A stretch of 52,904 nt of DNA from positions 1 to 52,904 of IMG/VR virus record IMGVR_UViG_3300013123_000008. One strand, given 5' to 3'. Under the pieces are notes generated by a model. It ran no database searches and was not told where the DNA came from. It was given only the letters and a program-made list of their open reading frames with translations. The translations under genes were made by a program, and so were the position numbers. This DNA comes from a virus (lineage: Duplodnaviria > Caudoviricetes). Positions 1-10,784 of the stretch are shown piece by piece; within the stretch, counting starts at the first letter, position 1, and every line of letters begins with the position of its first letter.

Positions 1-81
1 AAATATCGAGTTTCATTAAATGAAGTTAAATATAAATTTAATGTTTTTCAGCAAAATTCAACATTAAAAAGCATGATTTAA
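1..81 (+). CDS. 3' end of an upstream gene (partial, ...KFNVFQQNSTLKSMI*)
   Basis: Frame 1 is open from the window edge to TAA at 79-81, on the same strand as all neighbours. Confidence 0.4.
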   Translation, partial: KYRVSLNEVKYKFNVFQQNSTLKSMI

Positions 82-146
82 ATTATGATTAATTATTTAA
101 TTTATTGGATTTTGTATTTTATAAAAATTAAATTTAAGGTATATTA

Positions 147-2282
147 ATGACATCAAAATATATTCTAAATAAACTTACTGATGAATTATCATATAGAGTG
201 CCTGATGGTCTTATTAATTTTAATAATAACGAACATTTAATTATCTTTTCTGATATTCTCACTGAATATAATATTCCAAATGAAGATGTTATTGACATAT
301 TGGCCAATATAATCTTAAATAGAGAAAAGAAAAAATTAAATGAACTTGATTTTAAATCATCAGATGAGTTTAATTTGTATGTGAGTCAACATGATATTAA
401 ACCTACAACACACGTAACAATTGACAATAAAACTTTAAATCAACAAGATGTACAGAATACTATTGATACCCATTCTGCTAAAAAACTAAAATCAAAATCA
501 ACTAGTTCAAAAGAAAAATCATCTGGTAACACTGATTCTAATGAAAAAACACCTGGAGAAAAACCACTGTCTGAAAAACAATTGGCAGATCATAAGAAGA
601 AAATGGAAGAAGTATTTAATAAAATATTATCTCATGTTAAACTAAATAGTGCAGATCAAGCTAAATACAAAACCGTAGCAAATTTATTAGCAAATAATAA
701 AGATATTAGTGCGGATCAAGCTAAATTCGTGTCTAATTATATTAGACCTTCAGAATCAAATGATTCTAAGTTTTATTTTACTATTAAAGAACCTGGAAAT
801 TTTAATCAATACGGAAATGCAAGAGGTGATATTGAAGGTGCAGTAGGAAAACGAATTAGTGATAAACTTAAAAAACATAATGTTCCACTTGCATACGGTA
901 AAACAACAAGTACTGGTAAGCCACTAGTTTTAGCTGGAAAAAAATTAGTACCTAATAAAATATTTGCAGATAATCACGGTGAAATATCTAAAGAAGCAGC
1001 TACAATAAAATTAAAAGATAATATATTAACTATTTATAATTCAAAAAATAAGCCATTACAACAGATGAAAAAAATTAAAGTATTGGATAAATCTACTATA
1101 CTTTCAGAAATAATGGTAGAATTAAAGAAAAAAAATCCAAATACTTCAGTTGATCAATTAGATAAACAAGCAAATCGCATTACAACTATTATAAACAGAC
1201 ATAATAAAACAATTGATATGTTAGCATCATCTGGAATACTTGAATATATAACTGATCCTGAACACTCTGATTTATCTCCACTAGATCCAAAGAATATAAA
1301 TCATTATCAACAACTTGCCGGTAAAAAAATATCTTCTAAAATACAAGAATTACTTGGTAGTGAATTTGATAATTCTCATAAAGTTGTGGCTCAAAGAATT
1401 AATAAGTTGGGTACATTAAAAAATGATGCATTTGATAAAGAATTGAATGATGTAATGAAATTAATAGATTCTGATGAACAATTAAAAGCAGGTACTGCAG
1501 ATTTAATAGAATCATTATCTTATATGAGACAATTATCTAAAGGTTATACATGTGTAATGCCAACTGCTGCTAATTTTGCAATAGCAGATATTTTAACTCT
1601 TAATCCTAATGTTAATTATGATAAATTATCAAGTACAAATATAAAGATTGACGATTTATTAGATGCAATAAATCTTATAGATGTTACATATGATGCGACC
1701 TCTATTAAAAGTGGGGTAGGTGGAGCTTCTGCATCTCCAACTAAAATAGATGCAAGTTCGTTTGCACCTAAACCACCAATTACTGAACAAGAAATAAAAG
1801 ATGATATGCATAAAATGATTAATATGAGTTTTATATTTAATGATAAGACTGACCAAATTAAATCTAGAAATGAATATATTAAGTTAGCAAAAAAATATGA
1901 TTATAATGTAGACAAAACTACACTTGCCGGTATTCAGTCTGACGCTAATAAATATGTTGATTTAATTATGAAACGTAATCCCACTTTAGATAGTAAAAAA
2001 TTACGAGAACAATGGACAAATTATATATTAACAGGTCGTGCATTTGAATATATGTATAATGATAACTTAAAGTCTCAAACATTTACAAATGAAAGTTGGA
2101 AAGTTTCAAAAAAAGATGGGTTACAAATTCATAGAACAGATGGAGTGGATAAGTTAGGATTTTTAAAATTTGAATATAGTGTAGGTTTTTCACCAACAGG
2201 TCGACCAACAAATTCACATCCTACTAGATTTGAAAATATGACTCGTGACGAATATAATGCTAAGAAATTAAAGAAGAAATAA
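147..2282 (+). CDS. Large hypothetical protein, possibly virion-associated, with a weak PD-(D/E)XK-like motif in the C-terminal half
   Basis: 711-aa ORF with AAGGT upstream; S/K-rich linker; motif PTAANFAIAD...TSIKSG only loosely nuclease-like. Confidence 0.6.
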   Translation: MTSKYILNKLTDELSYRVPDGLINFNNNEHLIIFSDILTEYNIPNEDVIDILANIILNREKKKLNELDFKSSDEFNLYVSQHDIKPTTHVTIDNKTLNQQDVQNTIDTHSAKKLKSKSTSSKEKSSGNTDSNEKTPGEKPLSEKQLADHKKKMEEVFNKILSHVKLNSADQAKYKTVANLLANNKDISADQAKFVSNYIRPSESNDSKFYFTIKEPGNFNQYGNARGDIEGAVGKRISDKLKKHNVPLAYGKTTSTGKPLVLAGKKLVPNKIFADNHGEISKEAATIKLKDNILTIYNSKNKPLQQMKKIKVLDKSTILSEIMVELKKKNPNTSVDQLDKQANRITTIINRHNKTIDMLASSGILEYITDPEHSDLSPLDPKNINHYQQLAGKKISSKIQELLGSEFDNSHKVVAQRINKLGTLKNDAFDKELNDVMKLIDSDEQLKAGTADLIESLSYMRQLSKGYTCVMPTAANFAIADILTLNPNVNYDKLSSTNIKIDDLLDAINLIDVTYDATSIKSGVGGASASPTKIDASSFAPKPPITEQEIKDDMHKMINMSFIFNDKTDQIKSRNEYIKLAKKYDYNVDKTTLAGIQSDANKYVDLIMKRNPTLDSKKLREQWTNYILTGRAFEYMYNDNLKSQTFTNESWKVSKKDGLQIHRTDGVDKLGFLKFEYSVGFSPTGRPTNSHPTRFENMTRDEYNAKKLKKK

Positions 2283-2683
2283 TGAACTCACAACTACTAA
2301 TAACTTTTACAACTTCTAAAAATATTGATTCTGTAATTTCTAATATTATAGATGCATATAGTATTAATTTTAATAAAATATTTGTATTAAATAATGTAGA
2401 AAACAAAAATGAATTTATTGTAAGTTACAATATAAATTTAGATAATCAAATAAATGAAGAATACATTCCAAGTAATACAATTAGTGTTCATAGAAAAAAA
2501 CATACAAGTACATTGTATACAATTAATGCATTAAATTATTTGATAATGGCATTAAATAATGGTAAATTGGATAAACAATTTTCTTTACCTTGGGAAAATT
2601 ATAAGAATTGTATTCTTATAACTAATAATACAGAATTTAAAAAAATAAATACTACAATTAATAAAATTATAAAACTATATTAA
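2282..2683 (+). CDS. Hypothetical phage protein
   Basis: 133-aa ORF translationally coupled by a TAATG overlap; VHRKKHTSTLYTINALN block looks conserved. Confidence 0.7.
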   Translation: MNSQLLITFTTSKNIDSVISNIIDAYSINFNKIFVLNNVENKNEFIVSYNINLDNQINEEYIPSNTISVHRKKHTSTLYTINALNYLIMALNNGKLDKQFSLPWENYKNCILITNNTEFKKINTTINKIIKLY

Positions 2684-2800
2684 TGAGGAGAAAAAATGTC
2701 AAAGATAACAATGGGTCAATTAAAACAAATTATAAAACTATATTAATGAGGAGAAAAAATGTCAAAGATAACAATGGGTCAATTAAAACAAATTATAAAA
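2664..2800 (+). repeat. Perfect 63-bp tandem duplication (2 copies plus 11 bp) spanning stop codon, RBS and start of the next gene
   Basis: Unit aaattataaaactatattaatgaggagaaaaaatgtcaaagataacaatgggtcaattaaaac starts at 2664 and 2727; aaattataaaa recurs at 2790. Confidence 0.95.
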
Positions 2801-3271
2801 GAAGTACTTTATGAACAAAACGTTCGTATTGCACTTAGCAGTAAAACACATAAAAATAAATCAACACTTCACAATACTAGAATGTTAACTAAAAAATTAG
2901 TTAAAGAAGCAGCTGGTAATGTAGGTAAATTAATAAAAAATCCATTTTATGATTCAGATGGTTGGGATCCTAAAGACCCAGTTCAAGCTAAATATTTAAA
3001 ATTAGAAAAACAAAAACTAAGTGGTATTTATAGTGAACTTCGAAAATTACTTCGAGATTATGATATTAGTCGTCCTGAATCAAATGTAGATACTGATGGT
3101 TCATCTATAGCAATTATGAATGAAGATGGTGATGAATATGAAGTTCATAATAATGCAAAAACAAGTGAACTTTCACTATTTGATGTAGAAGATGCTAAAC
3201 TTTATAGTATAAAATCTGCAGCAGATGCTGTCGCAACTATTCAATATTTAAAATCAAAAAAAAATAAATAA
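2759..3271 (+). CDS. Hypothetical protein with N-terminal LKQIIKE motif (possible head/internal protein)
   Basis: 170-aa ORF with GAGGAG RBS. Confidence 0.7.
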   Translation: MSKITMGQLKQIIKEVLYEQNVRIALSSKTHKNKSTLHNTRMLTKKLVKEAAGNVGKLIKNPFYDSDGWDPKDPVQAKYLKLEKQKLSGIYSELRKLLRDYDISRPESNVDTDGSSIAIMNEDGDEYEVHNNAKTSELSLFDVEDAKLYSIKSAADAVATIQYLKSKKNK

Positions 3272-3289
3272 ATAATTTATATAAATTAA

Positions 3290-3319
3290 AATAGGAATGT
3301 ATTTTTATGCATTCCTATT
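3290..3319 (+). terminator. Hairpin aataggaatg/cattcctatt (terminator or leader structure)
   Basis: 10-bp inverted repeat after the stop at 3271, followed by an AT-rich tract. Confidence 0.5.
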
Positions 3320-3397
3320 ATATTTATATATAAGTGGTTATTATAAAATAATTACTTATTAAACATTAAACATTAAAACATTACATGGAGTTAAATC

Positions 3398-4189
3398 ATG
3401 TCTACACAATCAAGTGATGCGCTACTTGCAAGCGTAAAAAACAAACTAAGAAATCTTCAAGACTCAAACAAAAGAACATCTGGGATATGGAAACCTACAG
3501 GTGAACATACTGTAAGATTATTGCCTTATAAATTTTCAGATTTTCCTTTTATTGAATTATATTTTCATTATGATTTAGGAAAAGATAATTTACTTTCTCC
3601 TACATCATTTGGTGATCCGGACCCTATTGTTCAATATTCTGATAAAATCAAGGCAGAGGGAACACGTGAGTCTTATATTTTAAGTAGAAAATTAATGCCC
3701 ACACTTCGTACTTATGCTGCAGTTATCGTCCGTGGTGAAGAAGACCAAGGTGTAAGATTCTGGGGTTTTGGTAAACAAACATACGAAGAAATTCTTAAAA
3801 CAATGGATGACCCGGAATATGGTAATATTCTTGACCCATATACTGGTACGGATTTAAAAGTATCATTTATGTCTGCTGAAGAAGCTGGAAATAAATATGG
3901 TAAAATTACAGTTAAGGGAGCACGTAATTCTAGTAAGTTAGCACCTAATGAAGAAACAATTCAGAAATGGTTAAATACCCAAAGACCTATTACTGATATT
4001 TATAAAGTAAAAACTTATGATGAACTAATGGAATCACTTAAAGCTTGGTTAGAGTCTAAAGACGATACAGAAGAAACATCTTCACGTGAAACTGCCGCGG
4101 CGAAATCTAAACCTACAGCTGAAGAAGCAAATACTGTCAGTAAAGCAACAGATGCATTTAAGAAATATTTTCCTAAAACATCAGCATAA
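3398..4189 (+). CDS. Single-stranded DNA-binding protein, T4 gp32-like
   Basis: WKP..GEHTVRLLP, ELYFHY, VIVRGEED.GVRFWGFGK, GTDLKV motifs; lies directly before the recombinase. Confidence 0.85.
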   Translation: MSTQSSDALLASVKNKLRNLQDSNKRTSGIWKPTGEHTVRLLPYKFSDFPFIELYFHYDLGKDNLLSPTSFGDPDPIVQYSDKIKAEGTRESYILSRKLMPTLRTYAAVIVRGEEDQGVRFWGFGKQTYEEILKTMDDPEYGNILDPYTGTDLKVSFMSAEEAGNKYGKITVKGARNSSKLAPNEETIQKWLNTQRPITDIYKVKTYDELMESLKAWLESKDDTEETSSRETAAAKSKPTAEEANTVSKATDAFKKYFPKTSA

Positions 4190-4200
4190 TGGAATAAATC

Positions 4201-5388
4201 ATGGGAAAAAAAATAGTAGAAAAATATTCATCTCCTAATAGAGATGAATTAATAAGTAAAGTGTATGATGTTATTAATTCATCAGATGGAAATTATTCTG
4301 CGTTTTTTCTTGATGAAGATAAATCTGACTCTGAAATAGTTGACTGGATTTCTACCGGAGATCCAGTCACTGATTTATGTATAAGCAATAGAAAAAACGG
4401 CGGTATACCAGTTGGACGTATTACAGAAATTGCAGGTTTAGAAGGTACGGGCAAAAGTTTATTGATTGCGCATCTTATGGCTGAAACCCAAAAACGTGGA
4501 GGAATTGCAGTTATTATTGATACAGAATTTGCAACAGACAAAGACTTTTTGGCTGCGATTGGTGTTGATTTGAGTAAACTTATTTATATAAATGATTCTG
4601 TATTAGAAAATGCATTTGAAATAATAGAAAATATAGTTGAAACTGTTAGAAAAAATAATTCTGATAGATTAATTTGTATTGCTATCGATTCTATAATGGG
4701 CGCGACAGACGAGTCTGAAGATGAATCTGATTGGAGTAAAACGGGGTATGCAACCCAAAAAGCTAGAGTTTTAGGTAAAGCAATGAGAAAAATTACATCT
4801 CTTATTGCAAAACATCGTATTGCATTAGTTCTTACGAATCAATTGAGAGCTAAGTTAAATACTATGGCATTTGCAGATCCTTGGACTACAAGTGGTGGAA
4901 AGGCTGTACCATTTCACGCCTCATTAAGATTAAGATTACAGCAATTAAATAAACTTAAAATTAAAGATAAAGTTGTAGGTATTAAAACTAGGGTTAAAGT
5001 TGTTAAGAGTAGATTGGGTTCTATGTATAATACGTGTTCTTTTGACATATATTTTGATAGAGGAATAGACACCGTATCGACTTGGTTTGATGTAGGAAAA
5101 TTATATAAAGTTATTATACCTGCAAAAAAACTTGAAGATGAAACACAACCTGAATCTAAAACAAACAAATATAAAGATGTAAAGGGTCAATATATGATAG
5201 AAGGAGATCCTAAAATGACTAGGTTTCAATTACCGTCTTTTAAAGAATCTATTTTAGATGTACCCGAATTAAAACAAATATTATATGATGCTATAGCAGA
5301 CGCAGTTCTTCTGAAATATAGAGATATTAATCAAAACCCTATTAATAGAAATGAAATAGAATACGGAACAGGTCAAGACGAAGATTAA
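4201..5388 (+). CDS. uvsX: RecA/UvsX recombinase
   Basis: GIPVGRITEIAGLEGTGKS (Walker A), IDTEFA, IAIDS, TNQLR, SGGKAVPFHASLRL. Confidence 0.95.
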   Translation: MGKKIVEKYSSPNRDELISKVYDVINSSDGNYSAFFLDEDKSDSEIVDWISTGDPVTDLCISNRKNGGIPVGRITEIAGLEGTGKSLLIAHLMAETQKRGGIAVIIDTEFATDKDFLAAIGVDLSKLIYINDSVLENAFEIIENIVETVRKNNSDRLICIAIDSIMGATDESEDESDWSKTGYATQKARVLGKAMRKITSLIAKHRIALVLTNQLRAKLNTMAFADPWTTSGGKAVPFHASLRLRLQQLNKLKIKDKVVGIKTRVKVVKSRLGSMYNTCSFDIYFDRGIDTVSTWFDVGKLYKVIIPAKKLEDETQPESKTNKYKDVKGQYMIEGDPKMTRFQLPSFKESILDVPELKQILYDAIADAVLLKYRDINQNPINRNEIEYGTGQDED

Positions 5389-5405
5389 TTTAATCAATTT
5401 AATTT

Positions 5406-5433
5406 AGGGCTACATGTGTAGCCCTTTATTTTT
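5406..5433 (+). terminator. Intrinsic terminator
   Basis: agggctac-atgt-gtagccct 8-bp stem followed by ttatttttt-like T tract. Confidence 0.8.
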
Positions 5434-5436
5434 ATC

Positions 5437-6492
5437 ATGAGCAATACATATCTAGATATATTAAATAAAATTAAACAAGAAAATATTCAATTAACAACAC
5501 AGACTAAAGATTCAAGAATTTTAATTTTAGATGGGTTAAATAATTATATCAGAACATGGGTAATGAATCCTACAACTAATGATGATGGAGTACATGTTGG
5601 TGGAATATCGGGGTTTTTACAAGCGCTTGGAGTTACAATAAGAGAGATTAAACCCACGAGGCTTGTCATAGTATTTGATGGTAAAGGTGGGTCAGTTAGA
5701 AGAAAAAAAATATTTCCTGGATATAAGGCAAACAGAGGTGGTGGAGTAAGATTAAATAGAGCTCATGATTGGGCAAGTGACGTTGAAGAAAATAAACAGA
5801 TGTTATATCAATTGTCTAGAGTTATTATATATTTAAAACAATTACCATGTACTGTAATTTCTATAGATAATATAGAGGCAGATGATACAATAGCATATAT
5901 TGCACACGAAATATGTGAAGCTAACTCTGCATGCGAAGAAGTTTATATTTCATCTACAGATAAAGATTTTTATCAATTGATAAGTAATAAAGTAAAAGTA
6001 TGGAACCCAGTAACTCATAAACGTATAGATAAAGATGCTATAATTAATGAGTATGGTATTCATCCTAATAATTTTATTTTATATAAATGCTTAAAAGGAG
6101 ATGGAAGTGATAACATACCGGGTTTGAAAGGATTTGGAGTAAAGACTTCTGTAAAATTATTTCCGTTTTTATCGGAACAGACAATTTATAGTGTAAATGA
6201 TGTAATTAATTATGCTAAGGATCATTTAGATGAATCCAGAATGCATCAATCGTTATTAGATAATAAAACAACATATTTAATGAATTATGATATTATGAAG
6301 CTTTCAAACGGAAACATCAAATCTTCAACCGGTTTAGTAATATCAAAACAATACAATAAATATGTGAAAAAATTAAATATTCACAAAATAGCCGAATTGT
6401 GCACCGAAGACAAACTTTGGTCTAAGTTTCCAAACTTAAATTCATGGGTCAATATTAATTTTTCACAATTGAACTATTTTATTGACAAGTAA
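5437..6492 (+). CDS. 5'-3' exonuclease / flap endonuclease (T4 RNase H-like)
   Basis: ILDGLN, VFDGKG, YKANR, EADD, STDKDFYQL, GDGSDNIPG.KGFG.KT (H3TH). Confidence 0.93.
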   Translation: MSNTYLDILNKIKQENIQLTTQTKDSRILILDGLNNYIRTWVMNPTTNDDGVHVGGISGFLQALGVTIREIKPTRLVIVFDGKGGSVRRKKIFPGYKANRGGGVRLNRAHDWASDVEENKQMLYQLSRVIIYLKQLPCTVISIDNIEADDTIAYIAHEICEANSACEEVYISSTDKDFYQLISNKVKVWNPVTHKRIDKDAIINEYGIHPNNFILYKCLKGDGSDNIPGLKGFGVKTSVKLFPFLSEQTIYSVNDVINYAKDHLDESRMHQSLLDNKTTYLMNYDIMKLSNGNIKSSTGLVISKQYNKYVKKLNIHKIAELCTEDKLWSKFPNLNSWVNINFSQLNYFIDK

Positions 6493-6541
6493 CACCATCA
6501 CATATATTTATATTTAAGTTTAATTAATAAAGGTTTTATAA

Positions 6542-7921
6542 ATGGAATTAGATAATTTGTCCAATTTAGGACAATCTTATCAATCTAAGACAATATATAG
6601 TTTAATAAGTGATAAGAGTTTTTTAGAAACTGTAGATGATATTCTATATCCAGATTATTTTGAATCTGAAGCAAATCAATGGATTGTTAAGGTAATCAAG
6701 AATTACTTTAATACATATAAGATTGGACCCACTATTGAAGTTTTTAAAGCTGAATATGAAAAAGAAAAAAATGATTTATTAAAAAATGAAATTCTATCAA
6801 AATTAAAAGATGTGTATGAAAGTGAAGTATCTACAGATTTGCAGTACATAAAAGATAATTTTATAAATTTTTGTATTAATCAACATTATAAAATATCTTT
6901 ATATCAATCTATAGATGATATTAAAAAGGGAGATTATGAATCTATTAAAAAGAGATTCGATGATGCATCTAAGGTTGGAAAAAATAAACATTTAGGTTTA
7001 GATTTATTAAAATTAAACCCATCTAATGTATTTAAAACTTTAAAACGAGATACAATAATTACACCGTGGGATACAATAAACAATATTACTGAAGGTGGAT
7101 TGGGTAAAGGTGAATTAATAATTGCAGTTGGTGGACCAGGTAGTGGTAAAACTTGGGCACTATGTGCAGTTGGAGTTCAGGCATTGAAATTAGGTTTAAC
7201 AGTTAATCACTATACATTAGAATTATCAGAAGGTATGGTGGCAAAAAGATATTATTCATTGTTGACCGATATATCATCTGCAGATTTAATGTATAGTTTA
7301 GACGAGATTGATCATAAAGTTGACGCATTACAGAAAAAAGGTTCTAATTTAGTTATAACAAATTATCCGACTAAAACTGCTACTGTTAATACAATTAAGG
7401 CTCATATAGATAAATGTATACAGCTTGGACAAAAACCTGATATGATAATTGTAGATTACGGTGACCTACTTAAAGCTCCAACTTTCTATAAAGAAAAAAG
7501 ATTAGAAATTGGAAATATATTTGAAGAGCTTAGAGGTTTAGCTGGTTTATATCAAATTCCGGTTTGGACAGCTAGTCAATCAAATCGTTCCGGTGCTGAA
7601 GGAGATTATATTTCTGGTGAACAAGTTAGTGAAGATTATTCTAAAATTATGATTGGCGATTTTATATTTTCTATATCTAGAAAATTAGAAGATACAGTAC
7701 ACAAGACTGCTAGGGTTTATATTATTAAAAATAGATTTGGTGCAGATAAGATTTTATTTCCTGCTAAATTTGATGTGTCAAACGGCAATTTAAATATTTA
7801 TGAGTCCGAATCTATGCAAGGTAAAGATGCAAAGACTCAAATGGAAGATAGTAAAAAATCAAATCTAAAACAATTGTTAAGAGAAAAAATATCAACAATA
7901 CATTTAGATAATAAAGAATAA
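6542..7921 (+). CDS. Replicative helicase, DnaB/T4 gp41-like
   Basis: GGPGSGKT Walker A, TLEL, IIVDYGDL, WTASQSNR, KNRFG. Confidence 0.93.
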   Translation: MELDNLSNLGQSYQSKTIYSLISDKSFLETVDDILYPDYFESEANQWIVKVIKNYFNTYKIGPTIEVFKAEYEKEKNDLLKNEILSKLKDVYESEVSTDLQYIKDNFINFCINQHYKISLYQSIDDIKKGDYESIKKRFDDASKVGKNKHLGLDLLKLNPSNVFKTLKRDTIITPWDTINNITEGGLGKGELIIAVGGPGSGKTWALCAVGVQALKLGLTVNHYTLELSEGMVAKRYYSLLTDISSADLMYSLDEIDHKVDALQKKGSNLVITNYPTKTATVNTIKAHIDKCIQLGQKPDMIIVDYGDLLKAPTFYKEKRLEIGNIFEELRGLAGLYQIPVWTASQSNRSGAEGDYISGEQVSEDYSKIMIGDFIFSISRKLEDTVHKTARVYIIKNRFGADKILFPAKFDVSNGNLNIYESESMQGKDAKTQMEDSKKSNLKQLLREKISTIHLDNKE

Positions 7922-7931
7922 GGAAATAGTT

Positions 7932-8255
7932 GTGGAAATTTTAATAGACGAATGGGTGTTAACCAATATAATAATAAATGTAGAATTGCCATATTATTTA
8001 TAAATATGACCTAATAGATGATGGTAAAGGTCCAATAATCTATGGTAAAATTGAAGATGATAAATGTACAACAATTACAGAATATTATAAAATGATATTG
8101 TGCATCAATATACAATTCAGATAAAGAAATATATATCTGTAAAAACTTCAAATCAATCATGTTATTTTAAGCCTGTTTATAAGTCAAATAAAAAAGAATT
8201 TGAAGATACAATAAAAAGATTTAACAAATTTGTAAAAAACACAATAGGAGAATAG
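7932..8255 (+). pseudogene. Probable multiply frameshifted small gene (or indel errors)
   Basis: AAGGA RBS plus GTG at 7932; coding-like segments continue across several frames and end at TAG 8253-8255 just before the next ATG; a 330-bp gap is atypical in this dense operon. Confidence 0.35.
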
Positions 8256-8256
8256 A

Positions 8257-8865
8257 ATGAAAAGAGATGGAAAATTTGTAGAATTAACATTAGATGAATT
8301 TAATCAATGGTTAAAAGATAATGATTATTCACGTAAAATAAACTTAATACAAAATCACCATACGTATTTACCTGACTTAACTATATATAAGAAAAATGCT
8401 ACAAAGGTTAGTAATATTCAATGGTGTAAAAATATGGAATCATTTCATATTAAGACAAATGGATGGAGTGAAATCGCACAAAACATTACTACATTTCCAG
8501 ATGGTAAAATAGTGTTATGTAGAGACTTCAATAAAGTTCCATCTGGAATTAGAGGTGCAAACTCAACTGGGTTATGTATAGAACACGTCGGTAATTTTGA
8601 CGTTGGTAAAGATGTAATGACAGATGAACATCGTAAAACAATTACCGGAGTTAATGCTTTATTGTGTAGAGAATTTAAGATTGAACCATCAGACAAAACA
8701 ATAGTATATCACCATTGGTATGACTTAGTATCTGGTAAACGATTAAATGGAAAAGGTAGTACTAAATCTTGTCCAGGTACTAATTTCTTTGGTGGCAATA
8801 CTGTCGAAAATTTTAATGAAACATTTTTACCACTAGTTAAATCATATTTAGCTATAATTAAATAG
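8257..8865 (+). CDS. N-acetylmuramoyl-L-alanine amidase (Amidase_2, endolysin-like)
   Basis: IQNHHT, GWSEIAQ, CIEHVGNFD, YHHW, KSCPG zinc-amidase motifs. Confidence 0.85.
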   Translation: MKRDGKFVELTLDEFNQWLKDNDYSRKINLIQNHHTYLPDLTIYKKNATKVSNIQWCKNMESFHIKTNGWSEIAQNITTFPDGKIVLCRDFNKVPSGIRGANSTGLCIEHVGNFDVGKDVMTDEHRKTITGVNALLCREFKIEPSDKTIVYHHWYDLVSGKRLNGKGSTKSCPGTNFFGGNTVENFNETFLPLVKSYLAIIK

Positions 8866-8874
8866 GAGAAAAAA

Positions 8875-10725
8875 TTGATACTCTCTAGTAAAATTTTATC
8901 AGATGTTACTATTCATATGAAATATGCTAGGTTTTTACCGGAAAAAAAACGAAGAGAAAACTGGGAAGAAATAGTTACTAGAAATAAAGAAATGCATATC
9001 AAAAAATTTCCTCAATTAAAAGATGAAATTGATTCTGCTTATAAGTTTGTATATGATAAAAAAGTTTTACCTTCAATGCGCAGTCTACAATTTGCAGGTA
9101 AATCAATTGAAATGAGTCCTAATAGAATATATAACTGTGGATTCGCTCCAGCAGATAATTGGCATATATTCCATGAAACAATGTTTTTATTATTAGGTGG
9201 GTCAGGATTAGGTTATTCAGTTCAAAAACACCATGTTAAAAAATTACCTGAAATTAAAAAGGTAGGAAAACTTAGAAGATATTTAATAGGTGATTCTATT
9301 GAAGGATGGGCAGACGCTGTTAAAGTTTTATTGAAAGCATATATGTTTGGTGATTTTATGCCTAAATATGATTTTAGTGATATTAGACAAAAGGGTGCTC
9401 AACTTATAACAAGTGGTGGTAAAGCTCCAGGTCCTCAACCTTTATCAGATTGTTTGCACAATATTAAAAAGATTTTAGATACAGTTCCTGTTGGAGAAAA
9501 ATTACGTCCAATTCAAGTTCATGACATCATTTGCTTTATTGCAGATGCTGTTTTATCGGGTGGAATTAGACGTGCAGCATTAATTTGTTTATTTAGTTAT
9601 GATGATGATGAAATGTTAGCATCTAAATTCAATAATTGGTGGGAATTAAATCCACAACGTGCTAGAGCTAATAACAGTATTGTAATGTTACGACACAGAG
9701 TTAAAGAAGAAGACTTTTTTAATATATGGAAAAAAGTTGAATTGTCAAAGAGTGGTGAACCAGGTATATTCTTCAGTAATGATAAAGAATGGGGAACAAA
9801 TCCATGCGCAGAAATTGCATTAAGACCAAATCAGTTTTGTAACTTATGTGAAATAAATGCAAATGATATTACAGATCAAAATGACTTCAATACTCGCGCA
9901 AAAACTGCAGCTTTTATTGGTACACTTCAAGCTAGTTATACTGATTTTCATTACTTGAGAGATATATGGAAAGAAACTACTGAAAAAGAGGCCCTTATTG
10001 GTGTAGGAATAACTGGAATAGCAAGTGGAAAATTACAAAATTTAAATTTAATAGAAGCAAGTAAAGCGGTCATAGAAGAAAATAAAAGAGTATGTAAATT
10101 AATAGGTATTAATCCTGCAGCTAGAACAACTACAGTTAAACCAAGTGGTACGACTTCGTTGGTACTATGTACTGCTAGTGGTATACATGCTTGGCACGAT
10201 TACTTCTTTATTAGAAGAATACGTGTTGGAAAAAACGAAGCAATATATAGATATTTATCAAAGAAACATCCTGAATTAATAGAAGATGATTATTTTAAAC
10301 CTAAAGCACAAGCAATTATAAGTGTTCCACAACGCGCACCTGAAAATTCAATTATGCGAAATGAAGATGTGATGCATTTATTAGAAAGAACTAAAAGATA
10401 TAATTTGGAATGGATTAGAACCGGTCATATTAAGGGTTCAAATTCTCATAATGTAAGTGTAACGGTATCTATTAAAGATAACGAATGGGATAAAGTTGGA
10501 AAATGGATGTGGGACAATAGAAATAATTATACAGGTATAAGTGTATTAAATTATGATGGTGGTTCATATGTACAGGCACCATTTGAAAGTATTACAGAAG
10601 AAAAATTCAATGAAATGATGTTGACTCTTAAAGATGTAGATGTTAATAAGATAGTTGAAGTTGATGATAACACAAATTTACGTGGTGAAGTAGCATGCGC
10701 AGGAAATTCATGTGAAATAATTTAA
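8875..10725 (+). CDS. nrdJ: Class II (adenosylcobalamin-dependent) ribonucleotide reductase
   Basis: VLPSMR, YNC, GGIRRAA, TNPCAEI, TTVKPSGT, C-terminal ACAGNSCEI; no beta subunit nearby; TTG start after AGGAG. Confidence 0.9.
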   Translation: MILSSKILSDVTIHMKYARFLPEKKRRENWEEIVTRNKEMHIKKFPQLKDEIDSAYKFVYDKKVLPSMRSLQFAGKSIEMSPNRIYNCGFAPADNWHIFHETMFLLLGGSGLGYSVQKHHVKKLPEIKKVGKLRRYLIGDSIEGWADAVKVLLKAYMFGDFMPKYDFSDIRQKGAQLITSGGKAPGPQPLSDCLHNIKKILDTVPVGEKLRPIQVHDIICFIADAVLSGGIRRAALICLFSYDDDEMLASKFNNWWELNPQRARANNSIVMLRHRVKEEDFFNIWKKVELSKSGEPGIFFSNDKEWGTNPCAEIALRPNQFCNLCEINANDITDQNDFNTRAKTAAFIGTLQASYTDFHYLRDIWKETTEKEALIGVGITGIASGKLQNLNLIEASKAVIEENKRVCKLIGINPAARTTTVKPSGTTSLVLCTASGIHAWHDYFFIRRIRVGKNEAIYRYLSKKHPELIEDDYFKPKAQAIISVPQRAPENSIMRNEDVMHLLERTKRYNLEWIRTGHIKGSNSHNVSVTVSIKDNEWDKVGKWMWDNRNNYTGISVLNYDGGSYVQAPFESITEEKFNEMMLTLKDVDVNKIVEVDDNTNLRGEVACAGNSCEII

Positions 10726-10784
10726 TAAAATTTTATATTTTACATATTTATAATTAAGTTTAATAATTTATAACGGAGAAAGAA

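Noticed and set aside
6482-6510. TTGACA-N17-TATTTA sigma70 promoter
   Set aside because: Single instance with a poor -10 box; better explained by the recurring ATATTTATA motif
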